From: Ginglymostoma cirratum
Taxonomy: Eukaryota
Direction of reading: 5' to 3'
Assembly (NCBI GenBank): GCA_024137785.1
Contig: JAHRHZ010000088.1
Coordinates: 12,467,778 to 12,531,777, forward strand
Length of the DNA: 64,000 nucleotides
Below, piece by piece: positions 50,490 through 63,777 of this stretch. How positions within the stretch are numbered: position 1 is the stretch's first letter; each line of letters starts with the position of its first letter. The translations under genes and the position numbers were made by a program. The notes below the pieces were generated by a model that was given only the letters and a program-made list of their open reading frames with translations, was not told where the DNA came from and searched no databases.

Positions 50490-53400
50490 ATCACAAAATT
50501 ATTACAGCACAAGGAAGCAATTCAGCCCTTCATGTCTGCACTAGCTCTCTTACAAACATTTCACTTAATGCCATTCTCCTGCCTTCTCTCCACAGCTCTG
50601 CACGTTGGTTTTTGAAACAAAAACCAGTGTAATTCCCTACAAAATGCCTTGACTGAACCTGCTTCTCCAACTCTGAAGCAGTCCAGGCCTTAACCGTTCT
50701 CTGCAAGGGAAAGCTTCTCACATCAGTTTTGCTTCTTTTGCCAAACACCATAAAATCTGTGCCACTTTGCTCTTAGTCCTTTCCCGAGTGGACCCGATTC
50801 CTTATGGTTTTGAATAACCCTATCAGATCTCCTTTCACTCTTCTCTTCTCCAAAGACGACAGTAATAATTTCTGAATCTATCTTCATAACTGAAATCCCT
50901 CATCCCTGAAACCATTCCCTTCTGCACCATCTACAATGCCTTAATGTTCTTCCTAAAGTACAGTGCACAGATCCATAAGTAATACTCTCATTGAGGCCAA
51001 ACTAGTGTCTTATATATGTTCAACATAACCTCCCTGCTCAAGAGCTCTACAGCAGCATTAATCAAGCAAAGGACACGTATATTTTATTGACTACATTCTC
51101 AACCTATCACACCCCTTAATGACTTATATACATATATACCCAGAACCCTCTGCTCCTGCACCTTCTTTAGAGTTGTACCCTTTATTTGCATTGCTTCTCC
51201 TTCTTCACAACTCACTGTTTTGAGCTTGTGTCAAGCATCCACCAATTCCATCAACTTGTCCATATCCTTTTAATGCGCTACACCATTCTACTATTCAGTT
51301 TGCAGTGCTTCTAAACTTCATATCAGACACACATTTTGCCCTCTCCAGCAGTGGTTTTGGTCATTAACAAGGAAAAACAAGGATCCATACACCAAAACCT
51401 GGGAAGCTCCCATACAAATCCTCTTCCAGCACAAAGAACATCCATTTCTGCTGCTCTGTTTCTTGTCACTCAGCCAAGTCTTCAGCCTTCACTGCTACTG
51501 TCCTTTATATCCCATGAGCTGTAGCTGTGTCCTCAAGTCTATTGTTCGGCACTGTATCAAATGTCTTTTGCAAGTGTGTGGATAGCACATCAACAGCACT
51601 GCCCTCATCAATACTCTGCAAACTCTTCAACAAACTCAAACAAGTTAGTTAAACATGATCTTTCCTCTCAAAATCCAAAACTTTCCTTAGTTAACACACA
51701 TTTGTTCATGTGGCTATTAATTTTGTCCTGAAATATTCTTTCTAGATGTTTCCCCACTAGTGAAGTTAAGCTGACCGTCATATAGGCCCTTATTTGATGT
51801 AACAAACAAAGGATGTAACTTTTGCAATTCCCCAGTTCTCAACGTCTACTCAACACTCTAAGGAAGCCTGAAGTGTTACAGCCAATGCCTCTGCAATTTC
51901 CACTCTCACATCCCTCATATCCCTTGGATGCATCTCACCTGGCCCTGGTGCATGGTCAACTTTAAGTAGACAGGTTTCCTCGTCCTTATCAATTGTACTG
52001 ACTGTATTAACTCTGCTTTCTCCATAGCTTGTAAAGCAACATCTCCCATTGCAAAGACAGAAGCAAAGTACAAATTTAACACCTCAGCTATGTCATCAAC
52101 TTTCATGTGAAATCTCCTTTTTGATCACGAATTGTGCCGACTTTTTCTTTCACTACCATTTTCCTATTTATATACCTACAGAAGATTTTTTGTCCGTAGC
52201 TGTACTGCTCTGACAAGGTGAAACTCACCATTTAGAACCTGGCTTTGGATGGTCCTTGATGGTACTGAAACTTTTAAGTTAGCTGACAGTCTCTTTTCAA
52301 AATCAGTCTTTGCTTCTTATTTGCTTTTTCACCGCTCTTTTGAATCTCCTGTATTCAAACTGGTTCTGAATTGTATTTTCTGTTTAACAATGGTCATAAG
52401 CACACCTTTTCTTCCTTACCTTAAATTCTATCTCCTTTGCCATCCAGTGAGCTTTGGATTTGCTTGTCCCACCTTTCCCTTTCGAGGTAGCCAATTGTTC
52501 AGCTATTATTTTCATGTCGCTGTTTGGTTCCAATTTATCTGACCCACATCTGCTCTTACACCATTGAAGTGGTCTTTCCCCGGCTCATTATCATAATCTT
52601 GATTACTCAATATCTTTTTTTCTAGTCACCCAAGACCTTATGATACAATGATCATTGTCTCCAAAATATTCTACTACCTATAATTGATCTATTTGGCCCA
52701 CTTCCTTCACAGGTGCCAGATCTAACAGCGCTCCTTTCTCAATGGACTGAAAACATTGCTGCAAAAAGGTTTCCTGAACTCTAGGAACTCATGTTCCTCG
52801 CTGGCCTTTGTATGACTACTATCCCAATCAATATTCAAATAATGAAAGTTCCCTATTGTAACTGCAATGTTGGCATTTTTAGCAGGTTTGTTCCCTTACA
52901 CCACTCTCACTAATTGGCAACCTACAAACTAAGCCAAGAACGTGACTAGCATTTATTTGTTCCCTAGCTATAGCCAAAACAATTCTATCATTGACCCCTG
53001 TGGGACATACCCAATTTCTAGCATAGCAACGATCACTTCATCTATAACACCATTCCTCCATCTTCACTTCCTTTTCTGAACAACTTGCATCCAGGAATAT
53101 TTACCCTCAGTCCTGCTCTTCTTTGAGCCAAGCGTCTGTAGAAGCCACAACAGCATATTTCCAAATGGCGACCTATGCCTGGAACTCACTAATCTTCTTT
53201 CCCCATACTCTGTACATTCACTGAAATGCACAGTAACGCTGATTAAAATTTGTTTCATTCTCCTTCACTCTGACCACACCCATTAACTTTTTATTTCCTG
53301 TCCTAGGCCGATCTACCTCACCCAGTATCCTGTGTGCCTTAGTACTGTCTTTTGGATTCCACATCCCTGCCAAGTTATTTTAAACCCTCCGCAAGAGGAC
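50490..53400 (-). mobile_element. CR1 LINE, ~2.9 kb decayed ORF2
   Basis: Minus-strand fragments AEVLNLYFASVF and FPLQRTVKAW; RT remnants near 51560-51700. Confidence 0.8.
52184..52269 (-). repeat. Ectopic copy of part of lipin exon 53862-54006
   Basis: Aligns without gaps to 53887-53972, 78 of 86 positions identical by manual count. Confidence 0.92.
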
Positions 53401-53454
53401 TAACAAAACAATCTGAGGAATCCTTCCAGACCTTGAGCATGTTATCAAAAATTA

Positions 53455-53740
53455 CACTTTGAAATGGACTCAAGATTCCACGTTCCAATTCTAAAAAGAA
53501 CAGGAGATATCTCCCAAATGTTTTGCTAGCATTTATCCCTCGACCAACATCATCAGATATTTTTTCTGGTTATTTTTCTCACTGTTGCTTGTGGAACATT
53601 GTTGCATAAGACTGGATACTGCTTTTCCCAATCTATATGATTAATTAAATCACTGACAAGTAAGCTAATTAGTTGGCTGTGAGGTATTTTGTGATGTCTT
53701 TAAGTCAGGAAAGGTACCATATAAATTCCAGTTCATTCTT
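53455..53740 (+). mobile_element. Deu-domain SINE fragment
   Basis: atttatccctcgaccaacatc...ctgttgcttgtggaac...gttggctgtgaggtattttgtgatgtc; a similar relic lies at ~11880-12120. Confidence 0.55.
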
Positions 53741-53861
53741 TAACATTCAAATCTGTGACATCTGAGGTTACAAGTAAGTATTAAATGAAGGAGCCGATCC
53801 ATAACCTATTTCAGATTCAAGTTATAAATGGTTGAAGCACAGTTAAGAATTATTCGCTTAC

Positions 53862-54006
53862 TAGTTTTTCCGAGGACAGCCTCAGGGATTTTTTGTATGT
53901 AGCTGTATTGCTCTGACAAGGTGAATCTCGACATTTAGAACCTGGCTTTGGATGGTCCTTGATGGTGTTGAAGTCATCATCACTAGAAGTCAACTCTTCT
54001 TTAGGC
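53862..54006 (-). CDS. LPIN3: Lipin exon
   Basis: PKEELTSSDDDFNTIKDHPKPGSKCRDSPCQSNTATYKKSLRLSSEKL; YKKSLRLSS is a lipin motif; 145 nt; donor |gtaagc. Confidence 0.9.
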
Positions 54007-55249
54007 CTGTTCATAGACCAAGGAAAGTAATAAAAGCGTAATCAAGTGACAACAGTTGACACATTTTGCTTTGTAAAATACCCTATGTTTAATTTTAAGT
54101 TTAGACCCCATTGTTCTGGACTTCCCCCCCAGAGGAACAAGTTTCTATCTAGACTATCAAATCCTTTTCTACCTTTAAGCATCAATTAGTTCAAGCACCT
54201 GAACTCAAAGAAAGCAAGGTTCTATAATCTGCAAACTTGGTTATACGACTTCCAGTTCCTCACCAAAATCATGAATAAGCATGCCGAAAAGCCAAGACTT
54301 CAATACAGATCCCTGGTCCATTCACATTTTCCAAAAGACAATAAAGATTTCACAATCAAAATATAGCTGCAAATCATTTCCATCTTGTCTTGGGTATTCA
54401 CACTTTTAAGTGACTGCTCATAATCATTAACCCTTAACCTACCCGGACTCCTGGCACTATTTGAGGATGCTATTCCTGCACTGACATAAACTGGTTTGTA
54501 ACTTGTTAATCCTCTTGCACAAACGGGTCTGCAAAAAGTGGCTCACCTCCTGGTTCCTCAAGGCCTCTTCACCACCTACAATACTCACTAAATCACCTGC
54601 ATAGGTCTAGCTGCAATAATTATCAAGAAACTCAAGAATATTTTAGATTATCATTCAAATCAAAACACATGCCTGATGCACCTAACACAGTAACCAATAT
54701 CCACATCTTTCACCACAGGCTCATTGTGGCTACAGTATGCACCATGTACAAAGTATCACAAGTTATCTCAATAGCACTTCAGTCCAATGTTCTGTAACAC
54801 CTAGAAGGACAAGTGCAGCAATATCATGGGAACACTATTTCCCTCAAAGCCATGCATCGTCTTAAAATGAACATTAACAGTCATCCTTTCATTGACACAA
54901 GGTCAAAGTCCCCAACTCTTGCTGAAGCCCATGGTGAAAGTACCGTCACCATAAGTAATGCAGCAGGTCAAACGATGAGCCCTAGCACTGCATTTTCAAT
55001 AGGAATAGACCATAGGCCACAGAATAAGTTTGTTTTAATTGCTGGTGTGACATTTCCTCACCAGTATTTTTATTTCCATGATATTGTAATTAACCAGTAA
55101 CAGTTAAGGTATTGATTTCTGCTCCATTTTTTAAATAGTTTGCAGTCATAGGCTCTTAGAAATAAATGATTCAGAGTGTTAGATAAGGGATTTATTTTAA
55201 CACAACTTTTGAAACAGCTGTAAAAGGAAAATTTAACTTTCAATATTAC

Positions 55250-55329
55250 CTGCAACCTTCAAGCAAGCTAGCTTGTTTATTTTCACTTCTTTCATTCTGT
55301 TCTTCACCTTTTTTGATACTGGATTCTGG
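55250..55329 (-). CDS. LPIN3: Lipin exon (poorly conserved linker)
   Basis: ttgtttttag|CCA GAA...TGC AG|gtaata; PESSIKKGEEQNERSENKQASLLEGC; 80 nt, exactly reconciles the phase 0 and phase 2 ends of the neighbouring exons. Confidence 0.78.
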
Positions 55330-55788
55330 CTAAAAACAAAGACACTGCATCAAGCCTCTGCACATGCCCAAAGCTAAGATGGCAATATCAAAACCATTAC
55401 CAAGGCCATGTCTGCGAAATTTCAGTCTATACCATGAATATATCTTATAAGATGCAACCCCAAATCATGTGTGCCATTTTTATAGAAAATACTTCTTTAC
55501 AATGCATTTTTTTTTTAAATTGTGCATTTACAATTGTTGTGGACAGATTCATTCTCTAATGAACTGAAATCTAACCTCCAGTTGTCATTACTAGTTGCCT
55601 ACAGGACTTGCATGGTCTCAGAGTCAGTGTAAATCATACATAAATATAACATGACCACAAACAGATGCCCACAGAGTACTAGTACCCTAATTATTAAACG
55701 CTATTTCTGTCCGATTTGTGCTTGCTTCATTAACCCTTTTTTTTTTTAAGAAGTGGTAAAACAAAGACACAGAAAGAAGAAAGCATAC

Positions 55789-55881
55789 CTCCTTTGCTGC
55801 AGAGTTTTTCCTGCGCCAGGAGAACCACCAGCCACCAGTCTTTTTTGGCATCTTTTCCTTTACCAACTTATCTACAGTAGC
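55789..55881 (-). CDS. LPIN3: Lipin exon (end of M-LIP, WWFSW motif)
   Basis: [31 protein letters not shown]; 93 nt; canonical splice sites. Confidence 0.92.
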
Positions 55882-56504
55882 CTAAGGTGAATAGGAACAT
55901 TGATTCAAGGATCAAATTGCAAGAAGCTAGTCACGTATCTTCAAAGTTAAACTACATTAAGCTTCGATATTTCCTCTCCCCCCAAAGTATGTTGTCCTAA
56001 TCTTATGATACCTCAATTTTATTATAACCATTTACATTTTAAATTTAAATGTAAAATCCACTATATTTATCAACATTTGTATACAACTTAGGTAAAATTT
56101 CTCAGGGGAAAGCCAAGCACACTAGATAAGCTGGCTTGACAACTGCATCTGAAGTCACATCGTAGAAATACTCAATAGTTTATAAAATGAGCAATCACAA
56201 TAGCAAACAGTACTGCTAGTTTAACAGTTCATCCAATGAATTGTTTTAAAATACTGGATGACCAGTTTAACCTAAAATGCCAGCGTGTTTTTGCCATAGA
56301 TGCTCCCTAATTTGCTGAGTGTTTCCAGTATTTACTGTTTGTTTTTAAATTTCCAACATCTGTAGCTTCAAATAGGAACCGAAAATCTGTAAAGGAAGCT
56401 TAAACAATTATAATTTACTGCAAATCTTTTGCAGTAAGATCATATTATGAATTTGCTGAATGGATAAATGCATTAACGAGTCATATAGAACTGATCCAAA
56501 TGTA

Positions 56505-56860
56505 GGTGAAATGGCACAGTGGTAATGTCATTGCGTTAGTAAGCCAGAGACTTGGACTAATGCTCTGGGAGCTTGGGTTCAAATCCAATCATGACAGCTG
56601 GTGGAATCTGAATTCAGTTAATAAATCGAGAATACAAAGTGATCTCAGTAATGGTGACTGTTAAACTATCTTTGACTGTTGCAGACCATTGGCTCATGAA
56701 TGCCCTTTAGAGAAGGCCTTGGCTCCAGAGTACTTGAGACTCCAGTCCCAAAGCAAGGTGCTTGACTTTAAAGTGCCCTGTGAAAGTGTCTAACAAGCCA
56801 TCAAAGGCAAATTAGGAATGGGCAATAAATGCCGGCCTTGCTAGGGACACCCACATTCTG
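56505..56860 (+). mobile_element. tRNA-derived shark SINE (second family)
   Basis: tggcacagtggtaatgtc...gggttcaaatcc A/B boxes; tail gggcaataaatgccggcc shared with fragments at ~650-735 (-), ~4660-4730 and ~45650-45730. Confidence 0.7.
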
Positions 56861-57359
56861 CGAAAGTATTCCACCGCTGAGTTGTGAAGATTTGACTAAA
56901 CTCCAGGATTAGTCTCAGATTGGCTGAGACCAACTAATTCAGCATATATGTAAGAAAACTTGAGAGAGAAAACAAAACAATTAGCAAAGGCTCCATATCC
57001 GTCACCAGTATTTACTTTTGACACTGCATATAGTTTCAGAAAGAAGAAACAGCAGTACATGCCATAACCAAATCACTTCACAATCTTCATTATCTGAAGT
57101 GATTAGTAAATTCCCAAGGATGTTAAAGAGCTTCTAGCTCTTTTAGAGTCAAAATAAATATATTTTAGCATTGGTGCTGTCTTCAGAAGTAGAAGAGTAA
57201 AAAGTAGTAATTTTACTTGGTAGTAGTTTTGAAATAAGCATGAAATTGGTTAATGATTATTGGGAAAGATAAAACAGATATGAATAGAGGTAAGTGAATA
57301 TGACTTCATAGCTATAACAGAGGCATGGTAACAAAGGCTAAGAACATTCAAGGTAATTC

Positions 57360-60300
57360 CATGAGACACAGAAGCAGAAATTTGGCCATTCAGCCCATCG
57401 AATCTGCTCTGCCATTCAATCATGGCTGATAAGTTTCTCAACCCCATTCTCCCGCTTTCTCCCTGTAACCCTCGATCCCCTTGACAATCAAGAACCTATC
57501 TATCTCCGGCTTAAATATACTCAATGACCTGGCCTCCACAGCCTTCTATGGCAATGAATTCCATAGATTCACCAGTCTTTGGCTGAAGATGTTTCTCTTG
57601 ATCTCCATTCTAAAAGGTCTTCCTTTACTCTAAGGCTGTGCCCTTGGGTCTCAATCTCTCCTACCAATGGAAACATCTTCCCAACAACCACTCTGTCTAG
57701 GCTATTCAATATTCTGTAAGTTTCAAAAAGATTCCCCCTCATCCTTCTAAACTCCATCGAGTACAGACCCAGAGTCCTCAAACATCCCTCATATGTTAAG
57801 CTTCTTATTCCTGGGACAATTCTCGTGAACCTCCTCTGAACCCGCGCCAGGGCCAGTACATCTTTCCTGAGATATGGGGTCCAAAAGTACACACATTATT
57901 CCAAATGTGGCCTGACCAGAGTTTTATAGGGCCTCAGAAGTACATAGAACATAGAACAATACAGCGCAGAACAGGCCCTTTGGCCCTCAATGTTGCGCCG
58001 CCCTGTGAACTAATCTAAGCCTTTCCCCCTACACTATCCCATCATCATCCATATGCTTATCCAAGGACTGTTTAAATGCCCCTACATCCCTGCTTTTCAA
58101 GTCCTCTCAAAATAAATGCCAAAATTGCATTTGTCTTCCTAACTACTGACACAACATGCATGTTTACCTTGAGAAAATCCTGGACTAGAACTCCCAAGCC
58201 TCTTTGCACTTCAGACTTGTGAATTTTCCCCCAATTTAGAAAATAGTCCATGCTTCTATTCTTCTTACCAAAGTGCATGACATCACACTTTCCCACGCTG
58301 TACTCCATCCGCCACTTCTTTGCCCACTCTCCCCTTATCCAAATCCTTCTGCAGCCTCCCCACATCCTCAATGCTACCTGTATATCTACCAATCTTTGTA
58401 TCGTCTGCAAACTTAGCCAGAATGCCATCAGCTCCTTCCTTTAGATCATTAGTGCATAAACTGAAAAGTTGTGGTTCCAACACTGACCCTTGCGGAACAC
58501 TACTTGTCACCAGCTGCCATCCTCAGAAAGACCCTTTTATCCCCACTCTCTGCTTTCTGCCAGACAGCCAATCTTCTATCCGTGCTAGCACCCTGCCTCT
58601 AACACCATGAGCTCTTATCTTACTCAGCAGACTCCCGTGCAGCACCTTATCAAAGGCCTTCCTGAAGTCCTTTAGATTACATCCATTGGCTTTCCTTGGT
58701 CTAACCTGCTCATTACTTCCTCAGAGAATTCTAACAGATCCGTCAGGCACGAATTCCCCCTGATGAAGTCATGCTGACTTTGCCCTATTTCACTGTCAAG
58801 TATTCAGAAATCTCATTCTTTACAATGGACTCTAAATTCTTACCCCCGTCTGAGGTAAGGCTAACCGGCCGGTAATTTTCAGTCTTTTACCTTACTCCCT
58901 TTTTAACAGGGGTGTTACGTTAGTGATTTTTCAGTCCTCTGGGACCCTCCCTGACTCTAGTGATTCCTGAAAGATCACCACCAACACCTCCACTATCCCT
59001 TCAGTTATCTCCTTAAGAACTCTGGGGTGCAGCCCATCTGGTCTTGGTTATTTATCCACCTTCGGGCCATTCAGTTTTTCTAGCACCTTCTCCTTGGTGA
59101 TGGCCACCATACTCAGCTCTCCCCCCGACTCTCTTGAATTTTCGGAATATTACTCGTTCTTCCACTGTGAAGACTGACGCAAAGTAATTCTTCAGTTCCT
59201 CAGCCATTTCCTTGTTCCCCACTACTATCTCTCCAGCATCATTTTCCAGCAGCCCAATGCCTCTCTTTTGTCCTTTATACATATAAAGAAACTCTTACAG
59301 TCCTCCTTTATTTATTACTGGCTAGTTTACCCTCATATTCAAGCTTCTCCCTTCTTATTTCTTTTTTTGTTGCCCTCTGTTGGTCTTTGTAAGCTTCCCA
59401 ATCTTCTGGTTTCCCACTGCCCTTTGCCACATTAAAGGCTTTCTCTTTTGCTTTTATCCTATCCCTGACTTCCCTAGTCAGCAATGGTTGCCTCATCCTC
59501 CCGGTACCATGCGTCTTTTTCCTAGGGATGAATTTTTGCTGTGACTCCTGAGTTATTCCCAGAAAGTCCTGTCATTGCTATTCCACTGTCTTTCCTGCTA
59601 GGCTCCTCTCCCAGTCAATTCTGCCCACCTCCTCCCTCATGCCTCTGTGGTTGCCCTTATTCAACTATAATACCGTTACCCCTGATTCCAGCTCCTCCCT
59701 CTCAAATTGCAGAGTAAATTCTATCATATTGTGGTCACTACCTCCTAAGGGTTTCCTCACTTTAAACTCCCTTATCAAGTCTGCCTCATTGCACAACATT
59801 AAATCCTGTATTGCCTGTTCCCTAGTGGGCTACACCACAAACTGCTCCAAAAGCCATCTCGTAGACATTCCATAAATTCCTTTTCTTGTGATGCACTACC
59901 AACCAGATTTTCCCAGTTCACCTGCATGTTGAAAACCTCCAGTTCATTGCAAGTTTGCCTTTCTTACACACGTTTTCTATCTCCTGGTATATTTTGTGCC
60001 CCAGCTCCTGACTACTGAATGGAGGCCTGTACCTAACGCCCAACTATGGATTTTTCACCTCAAGTTCCTCAACTCTACCCACAGATTCTTCACCAACTGA
60101 CCCTACTTCGTTTCTTACTATTGATTTAATTTCATTTCTTACTAATAAGGCAACCCCACCCTCACTGCCCACCTGCCTATCTTTTCGATGGAATATATAT
60201 CCATAGATATTCAGCTCCCAATCCTAATCCCTTTGCAGCCATATCTCCGTGATATCTGCCAATTTCCATCTGCACGAGCTCATTTACCTTCTTTCTTATA

Positions 60301-60480
60301 CTGCATGCAATCAGGTATAACACCTTCAGTCCTATATTAACTGTCCCTCTTCTCATTGTCATTTGTTTATCCAGTGTGCTGGAAGTTTGATTCCCACCCC
60401 TTTCCAAAGGCTCTGTCCTATTTGAGTCTGTGCTGGAGACTTTAATACCTCTCCTGTGTTCTTCTTTCTGTCATGTTTTT
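57360..60480 (-). mobile_element. Younger CR1 LINE, ~3.1 kb (endonuclease to 3' tail)
   Basis: Minus-strand ORF fragments VPQGSVLEPQLF, AKFADDTKIG, PYLRKDVLALARVQRRFTR, LKVLYLIACSIRKK; frameshifted. Confidence 0.92.
57943..58085 (-). mobile_element. 5'-truncated LINE tail nested in the CR1
   Basis: catagaacatagaacaatacagcgcagaacaggccc...; flanked by a tacat direct repeat (57941 and 58083). Confidence 0.75.
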
Positions 60481-60499
60481 CATATTTTTCCCCACAGTT

Positions 60500-62440
60500 T
60501 AATCTACCCAACATTCCAGAAAAATAAGCAAAAGGAAGAGGTGGTGAAGTAGCATCATTAATAAAGGACAGTATCAGTACAGTAGAGGGTAATGATATGC
60601 ATGGACCAGATTTTGATATAGGTTCAGTTTATTGAAAATAAGTATTAGCAAGGGAAAAAAAAATCACTTATGGGAGTCGCCTAAGGCCTCAGAAGAGTTG
60701 CCTTCCTGTTGGACAAAGCATAAACCAACACATAATAGAAATGTCCAAGTAGGGCACTACAATTGCCTTGAATGATTTTAATCTGCATAATAACTGGCCA
60801 AATCAGATGGATAAGGGTGGCAGAGACGATGCATCAGGAATTATTTCTTAGAGCAGTACATTGCAAATCTTGCTGAAAACAGGCTAAAGATCTTTATAAG
60901 GAAGAAATAGCAGGATGTTTAGAAAAGCTTAAAGCAATCAAACAGAATCAACATGGTTTTGTGAAACAGAAATAACGTTTGACAAGTTTGCTAGAGATTA
61001 TTGAAGGTGTAACAACCACAATGATGATGGGGAACTGGTAGATATAGTGCAGTTAGATTTCCAGAAAACATTCAATATGGTGCGACATAATATGTGTCTT
61101 GTGCAAAAGCCTTTTATGTACTGGGCATGACTTGGTTCCAGAATAGAATTAAAGAACACACAAACTCATCATTCATTGCAACACATCAGGGGCGTCTTAT
61201 TCCATAAGTGTGGACTCTGTACAAGCAGAAGACAAGTCTGAACAAGCCCGTGAAGCTGGCTGATGATTCACCAGTGGTCAAGTGACTTGCTTCTTGAAAG
61301 AACATTGTCCCGGCCAAACACACACCAACTGTAATACATAACAATAGGAGTTCATGGTATTGGTAGTCATGTATTTATAGGAATTGATGATTGGTTAACA
61401 TGCAGAAAAAATGATTCGGGACAAATTGGATTTTTTCAGGTTCGAAAGATACAACCAGTGGAGTGTCACATGGATTAGCCCAAGGGCCTCAATTAGTTTT
61501 CAATTTATATTAATCACGTGGAAGACGAAGCAAATGCAACATATCCATATTTCCTGTTGGTACAAAAATAGGTGGAATGGCATGTTAGATGAGGACGTAA
61601 GAAACCTGCAAGGGAATATTGATAGAATGACAGAGGGGAAAAAACTTGGCAGATGGAGTTTAATACTGGAAAGTGAGAGGTCATGTACTTTCATAGGAAG
61701 AATCAAACCACAGACTATTATTTAAATGGAGACATACTGCAAAAAAAAGTGCAGCACAATGGGATCTGGATGCTCTCGTGCAATGACACACAAAAAGATA
61801 GCATGCGGTGCAGCAAATGCAACTTCAGCCTTTGTTACCAAGGATTAAAGTTTATACATAGGAAATCTTGAATCAACTGTTTCGGGCGCTGGTGAAGCGA
61901 TGCCTGCAGTACCGTGTACAGTTTGGATTTCCGTATTTAAGAAAGGATATATTGACATTGGAGGCAGTTCAAGAAAGATTCACTAGGCTGATTTCTGGGA
62001 TGAAGCAGTTGATTTATTGAGAACTGCTAAACAATTTAGGCTTTCATTCAGAATTCAGAAGAATGAGAGGTTGAAAAATACAAGATTTTGAGTGGACTTG
62101 ACAGGGTAGACATTGAGAAGACATTTCCACTAGTGGGATAATCTCAAAGAGGCAGTTACAGAATAAGGGGACACTCATTTGAAACGGAGATGAGAAGGAA
62201 TTTCTGCTCTCAGTGTGCGCTAAATGGCTGGAATTCTCCAAATTGTTGGAAAGGCTAGATCACTGAAAGCATTCAAAGAAGTAGATAGATTTTTTAAATA
62301 ACAATATGTTAACAGCTATGAGGAGCTGGCACCAAAGATGAGTTGAGGCTTGGAGCAGGTCAGCCATATTCTTATTGTATAGTGGGGCAGATTTGTGGGA
62401 CTGAATGGCCAACTCCTGTTCCTATTTCCTATGTTCTTAT
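60500..62440 (+). mobile_element. Older CR1 LINE (5' piece at ~57265-57355)
   Basis: GRGGEVA endonuclease remnant, caacatggttttgtgaa (QHGF), ttagatttccagaaa (LDFQK) and 3' tail gaatggcc...cctatttcctatgttc. Confidence 0.8.
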
Positions 62441-62508
62441 CTAAATCACCTTGTATGTTCTAACCCTTTTAGTGAATAAATACATTTCATCAAGTGTACA
62501 ATAACTAC

Positions 62509-62578
62509 CTTTGGCAAATTCTTCTGAAAAACTTGAATGCAGAGAATCATGGGTGCAGCGACTGCCCAGTTATAATAT
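62509..62578 (-). CDS. LPIN3: Lipin exon (M-LIP domain)
   Basis: [23 protein letters not shown]; 70 nt; tag|A acceptor, AAG|gtagtt donor. Confidence 0.92.
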
Positions 62579-63683
62579 CTATGAAAAACAAAATATCCAG
62601 GATTTTCACACCAGTGTAAAGAATTCAATATTTAAAAATTATTTAGTACTACATCATTCAATTTGAAATAATGGTTAGTTTTACCAAATTTTATCTATGA
62701 ATTTTGCATCCTTTCTATTTCAAAATTTAACTCTGATTGGGTACCATTTAAGTCTATTTTAATTTCATCATAACCAATAAAAAGGATATCTTTCCTTCCT
62801 GCCAAACACAGGTTCCCTATTCCACACTGAATAGAGATTCTAGATGCTAGTTCACACATTTCACAACTGATGCAGTTTCTTTTTAATGTCATTAGCAGAT
62901 CTCTTTCATCAAGACCTGGAATAGAGAACATGTGCTGGAGGCATAAAAATAACTCCACGAGGAAACTTAGTCTCTCATTTTGAACTATTTATATTATTAA
63001 ATGTCTGTTAAATGAATTCAAGACTTTTTGCGAGGACAATTGTGAAAAGAAAGTTAGATAACAAGCACTTGATGCTACCTTGTCAGAATTCATAGTGATG
63101 GATATTTATGGAATTTCCACCTCTCATTTCTTGTTGCCCAGGATTAGACCAAACTCCACATAAAGCAGTACAATTAAATAAATCAAACTTACTAAAAATT
63201 AAAAATGAAAATATAAAAAATATTAAAGAAATGTAAATCAGAACAAAATAAGATGAAACAAAGAAAGTCATAAAGCAGATCTGCAAATAACCAGAAGAGC
63301 TGTGCAACTACAAAAAACACAATCAGGAAATGCTAGATACAGGTCATTCAGCAGCTGCAAAGAGCAAAAGCAGGTTTTGATACAATCCTTCTCTGCTTTC
63401 GACAGCTGCCTGATTTGCCATGAATGGCCAGCATTGTTGGTTTTTCTTTCAGATTTGCAAAAGTTGCAAGGGATTTATTTTTGTTTAACCCATATTAAAG
63501 TCAGGACAAACACAATGCGCTTGTATTAAGAAGTTTATTATTTTAACCAATTTTCACACTTTACTGAGAAGACAACCATTTTAAGAAGACAAGATTTAGA
63601 GAAAATGTAGAACAGAAAAAGTTCTTTGGCACTCAGTTCCCCCACATAAAAGAGTATGCATTGCTACAAGTTTATGAACTTAC

Positions 63684-63777
63684 TTTTTATTAATTCTGAT
63701 AACCAAATTTGGATCATCAATAATTCCGGGATTTTCAACCAAATCCTGGTATGTGACCATGTGTTGCTCAAATTTCC
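63684..63777 (-). CDS. LPIN3: Lipin exon (M-LIP domain); gene continues beyond the window
   Basis: [30 protein letters not shown]; 94 nt; cag|GG acceptor, AA|gtaagt donor. Confidence 0.9.

Noticed and set aside
57569-60407. RT and endonuclease ORF pieces as a functional gene
   Set aside because: Frameshifted and interrupted CR1 ORF2; not an intact element or host gene.
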